Positions 62,278-64,000 of a DNA stretch of 64,000 bases are shown one piece after another. A model generated the notes under the pieces. It saw only the letters and a list, made by a program, of their open reading frames with translations, was not told the DNA's origin and did no database searches. Position 1 is the first letter of the stretch. Each line of letters opens with the position of its first letter. Source of the stretch: Tubulanus polymorphus (taxonomy: Eukaryota > Animalia > Nemertea); the NCBI RefSeq assembly GCF_964204645.1, contig NC_134026.1:17952150-18016149 (forward strand), read 5' to 3'. The translations under genes were made by a program, and so were the position numbers.

Positions 62278-62859
62278 TGCATGAGATGCATAAGATGTAG
62301 TGTTTGAATTTTTGTACAGCCTCAACGATTGCCACAGCCTCTTTTTCTGTGGTGTTTAATCGTTGTTCACAGGCCGTAAGAGCACTGCCCTCGTAACAAT
62401 TTTTTGGGGAAGAACAATTCCGGTATTGCTTGCATCAGTTTCGATACTGAATTTGTGGTCGAATAGGGAATGCTAGTTCAGGTTCTTTTGCATGAACTTC
62501 TTTCAATGCTTTGAATGCAGGTAGACACTCTTGATCAATGTCGAAAAACATATCTTTCGTTGTCAGTCAATGCAATGTGATGGCTATTTTTGCAAAATCT
62601 GCAATGGAATGCATGAGATACATAAGATGTAGTGTTTAAATTTTTGTACAGCCTCAACGATTGCTACAGCCTCTTATTCTTTGGTGTTTTATTGTTGTTC
62701 ACGGGCCGCAAGAGCTCTACCGTCGTAACAATTTTTTGGGAAAGAATCATTCCGGTATTGCTTGCATCAGTTTCGATACTGAATTTGTGGTCGAATAGGG
62801 AATGCTAGTTCAGGTTCTTTTGCAAGAACTTCTTTCAATGCTTCGAATGCATGTAGACA
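62278..62859 (-). pseudogene. Gypsy RT/RNase H remnant, tandemly duplicated (period ~332 bp)
   Basis: FSIETDASNTGI and TTEKEAVAIVEAVQKFKHY-like sequence present twice (62278-62609 and 62610-62859). Confidence 0.8.
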
Positions 62860-63539
62860 TTGCAAAGCCGGGCCCCTTGTTGGTTGTTATGATGAATGTT
62901 TCAAATGACTCTCCGGGTTGTTGATTAATGTTAATGTTAATGTTAAATGAATGTTAATGTTAATACAATTAACGAGTTTTCCTGACTATATCTGATTGTC
63001 ATAGTTTGCTCTCTAAATAATTATGCTTAGTTTGTAACTTTGTAGTAACCCTATTTTGTACCGCTATTAATTAATCAATTAGCCCCATTCTTCTGATTCA
63101 TGCAAGACTATTATAAATATAGTCTAGACTTTTTTCTTAAGTACTGGTAATTTGGATCTTTGTTGCTGAAATTTTCTGAAAATAAAGTTTTATTATATCC
63201 TTCAAATTTTGCCAATTATAAAATCCTGTTATGTGTTTAAGAGTTTTGTTGAGGACATGAACCATTCCAATTAGTGATAAGGAAATTTATTTGTGAATCT
63301 ATATAAAGATTTGTTTACGATTTATTTCATTCTTACTCAATGAAATATCTCATTCTTACAAATGATTACATTTGGCCTATTGACATTAGGCCTAAGTTTC
63401 CTGGTGATTTGATTTACGAAGGATTTTGTTATGAAATGGTCTTTCGGGGCATTTCTGACTTACACCGCTAGTCCAACATATGGGTTAATTTTGAAATTAC
63501 CTTGTGGGGGATGGCCTGGTTGTACACGTTATTGATGAA

Positions 63540-64000
63540 TACATAATGATAATAATAATAATGATAATAATAAAAATAATGATAATAATAATAATAATAA
63601 TTTATTGAGCCATATAAAATATGCTCATTGGCTTTACAATATAAAGACAATTTAAACATAAAGATAGAAAAAACAATTTACATCATTAGTTAAAAGCTTT
63701 AGTGAACAAATGGGTTTTAAGTTGCGATTTAAAAACATCAGTAGAAGGACTAGATTTAATTGCATCTGGTAAGGAGTTACAAAGTAGTTGGGCGGAGTAA
63801 GAAAAGGCCCTGTGACCCGCAGAGACTAGATTGACACGAGGGATGACTAGAAGTGATTGACTGTTTGATCTTAACACTCTAGAGGATGCCTTGTATTGCA
63901 CTAATGATTTCAAATATTGTGGGGCCTGACCATTCAAGGATTTATAAGTAAGGATCAAGATTTCAAATTGGATGCGGTATTTGATTGGAAGCCATTGCAG
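63540..64000 (-). mobile_element. 3' end of an L2-type LINE with (TTA)n tail
   Basis: LTYKSLNGQAPQYL..LRS..GHRAFSY..NSLP..FKSQLKTHLF (63686-63958), short 3' UTR, then microsatellite tail at 63543-63600. Confidence 0.88.

Noticed and set aside
63468-63659. Tyr/His-rich ORF
   Set aside because: Translation of the LINE (TTA)n tail

Overview
AT-rich metazoan DNA (probably a marine invertebrate; this is inference) made almost entirely of nested transposable elements, with no recognisable host gene. The clearest features are two full-length BEL/Pao LTR retrotransposons. One is decayed (6507-12886); the other is intact, with identical LTRs and a single 1810-aa ORF (49613-55688). Also present: a P-like TIR element carrying a RAG1-N-terminal/zf-AD-like zinc-finger ORF plus its MITE derivative; a ~2.2-kb macro-tandem repeat built from a degraded intron-containing tyrosine-recombinase gene; a deleted Zator transposon nested in a CMC/EnSpm pseudogene; several Helentron-type non-autonomous elements (one holding a 31-bp satellite); Harbinger, LINE and Gypsy remnants; a probable LTR containing its own ORF; and three Penelope-type hammerhead-ribozyme relics. 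Family assignments come from motifs recognised by eye, not database searches.
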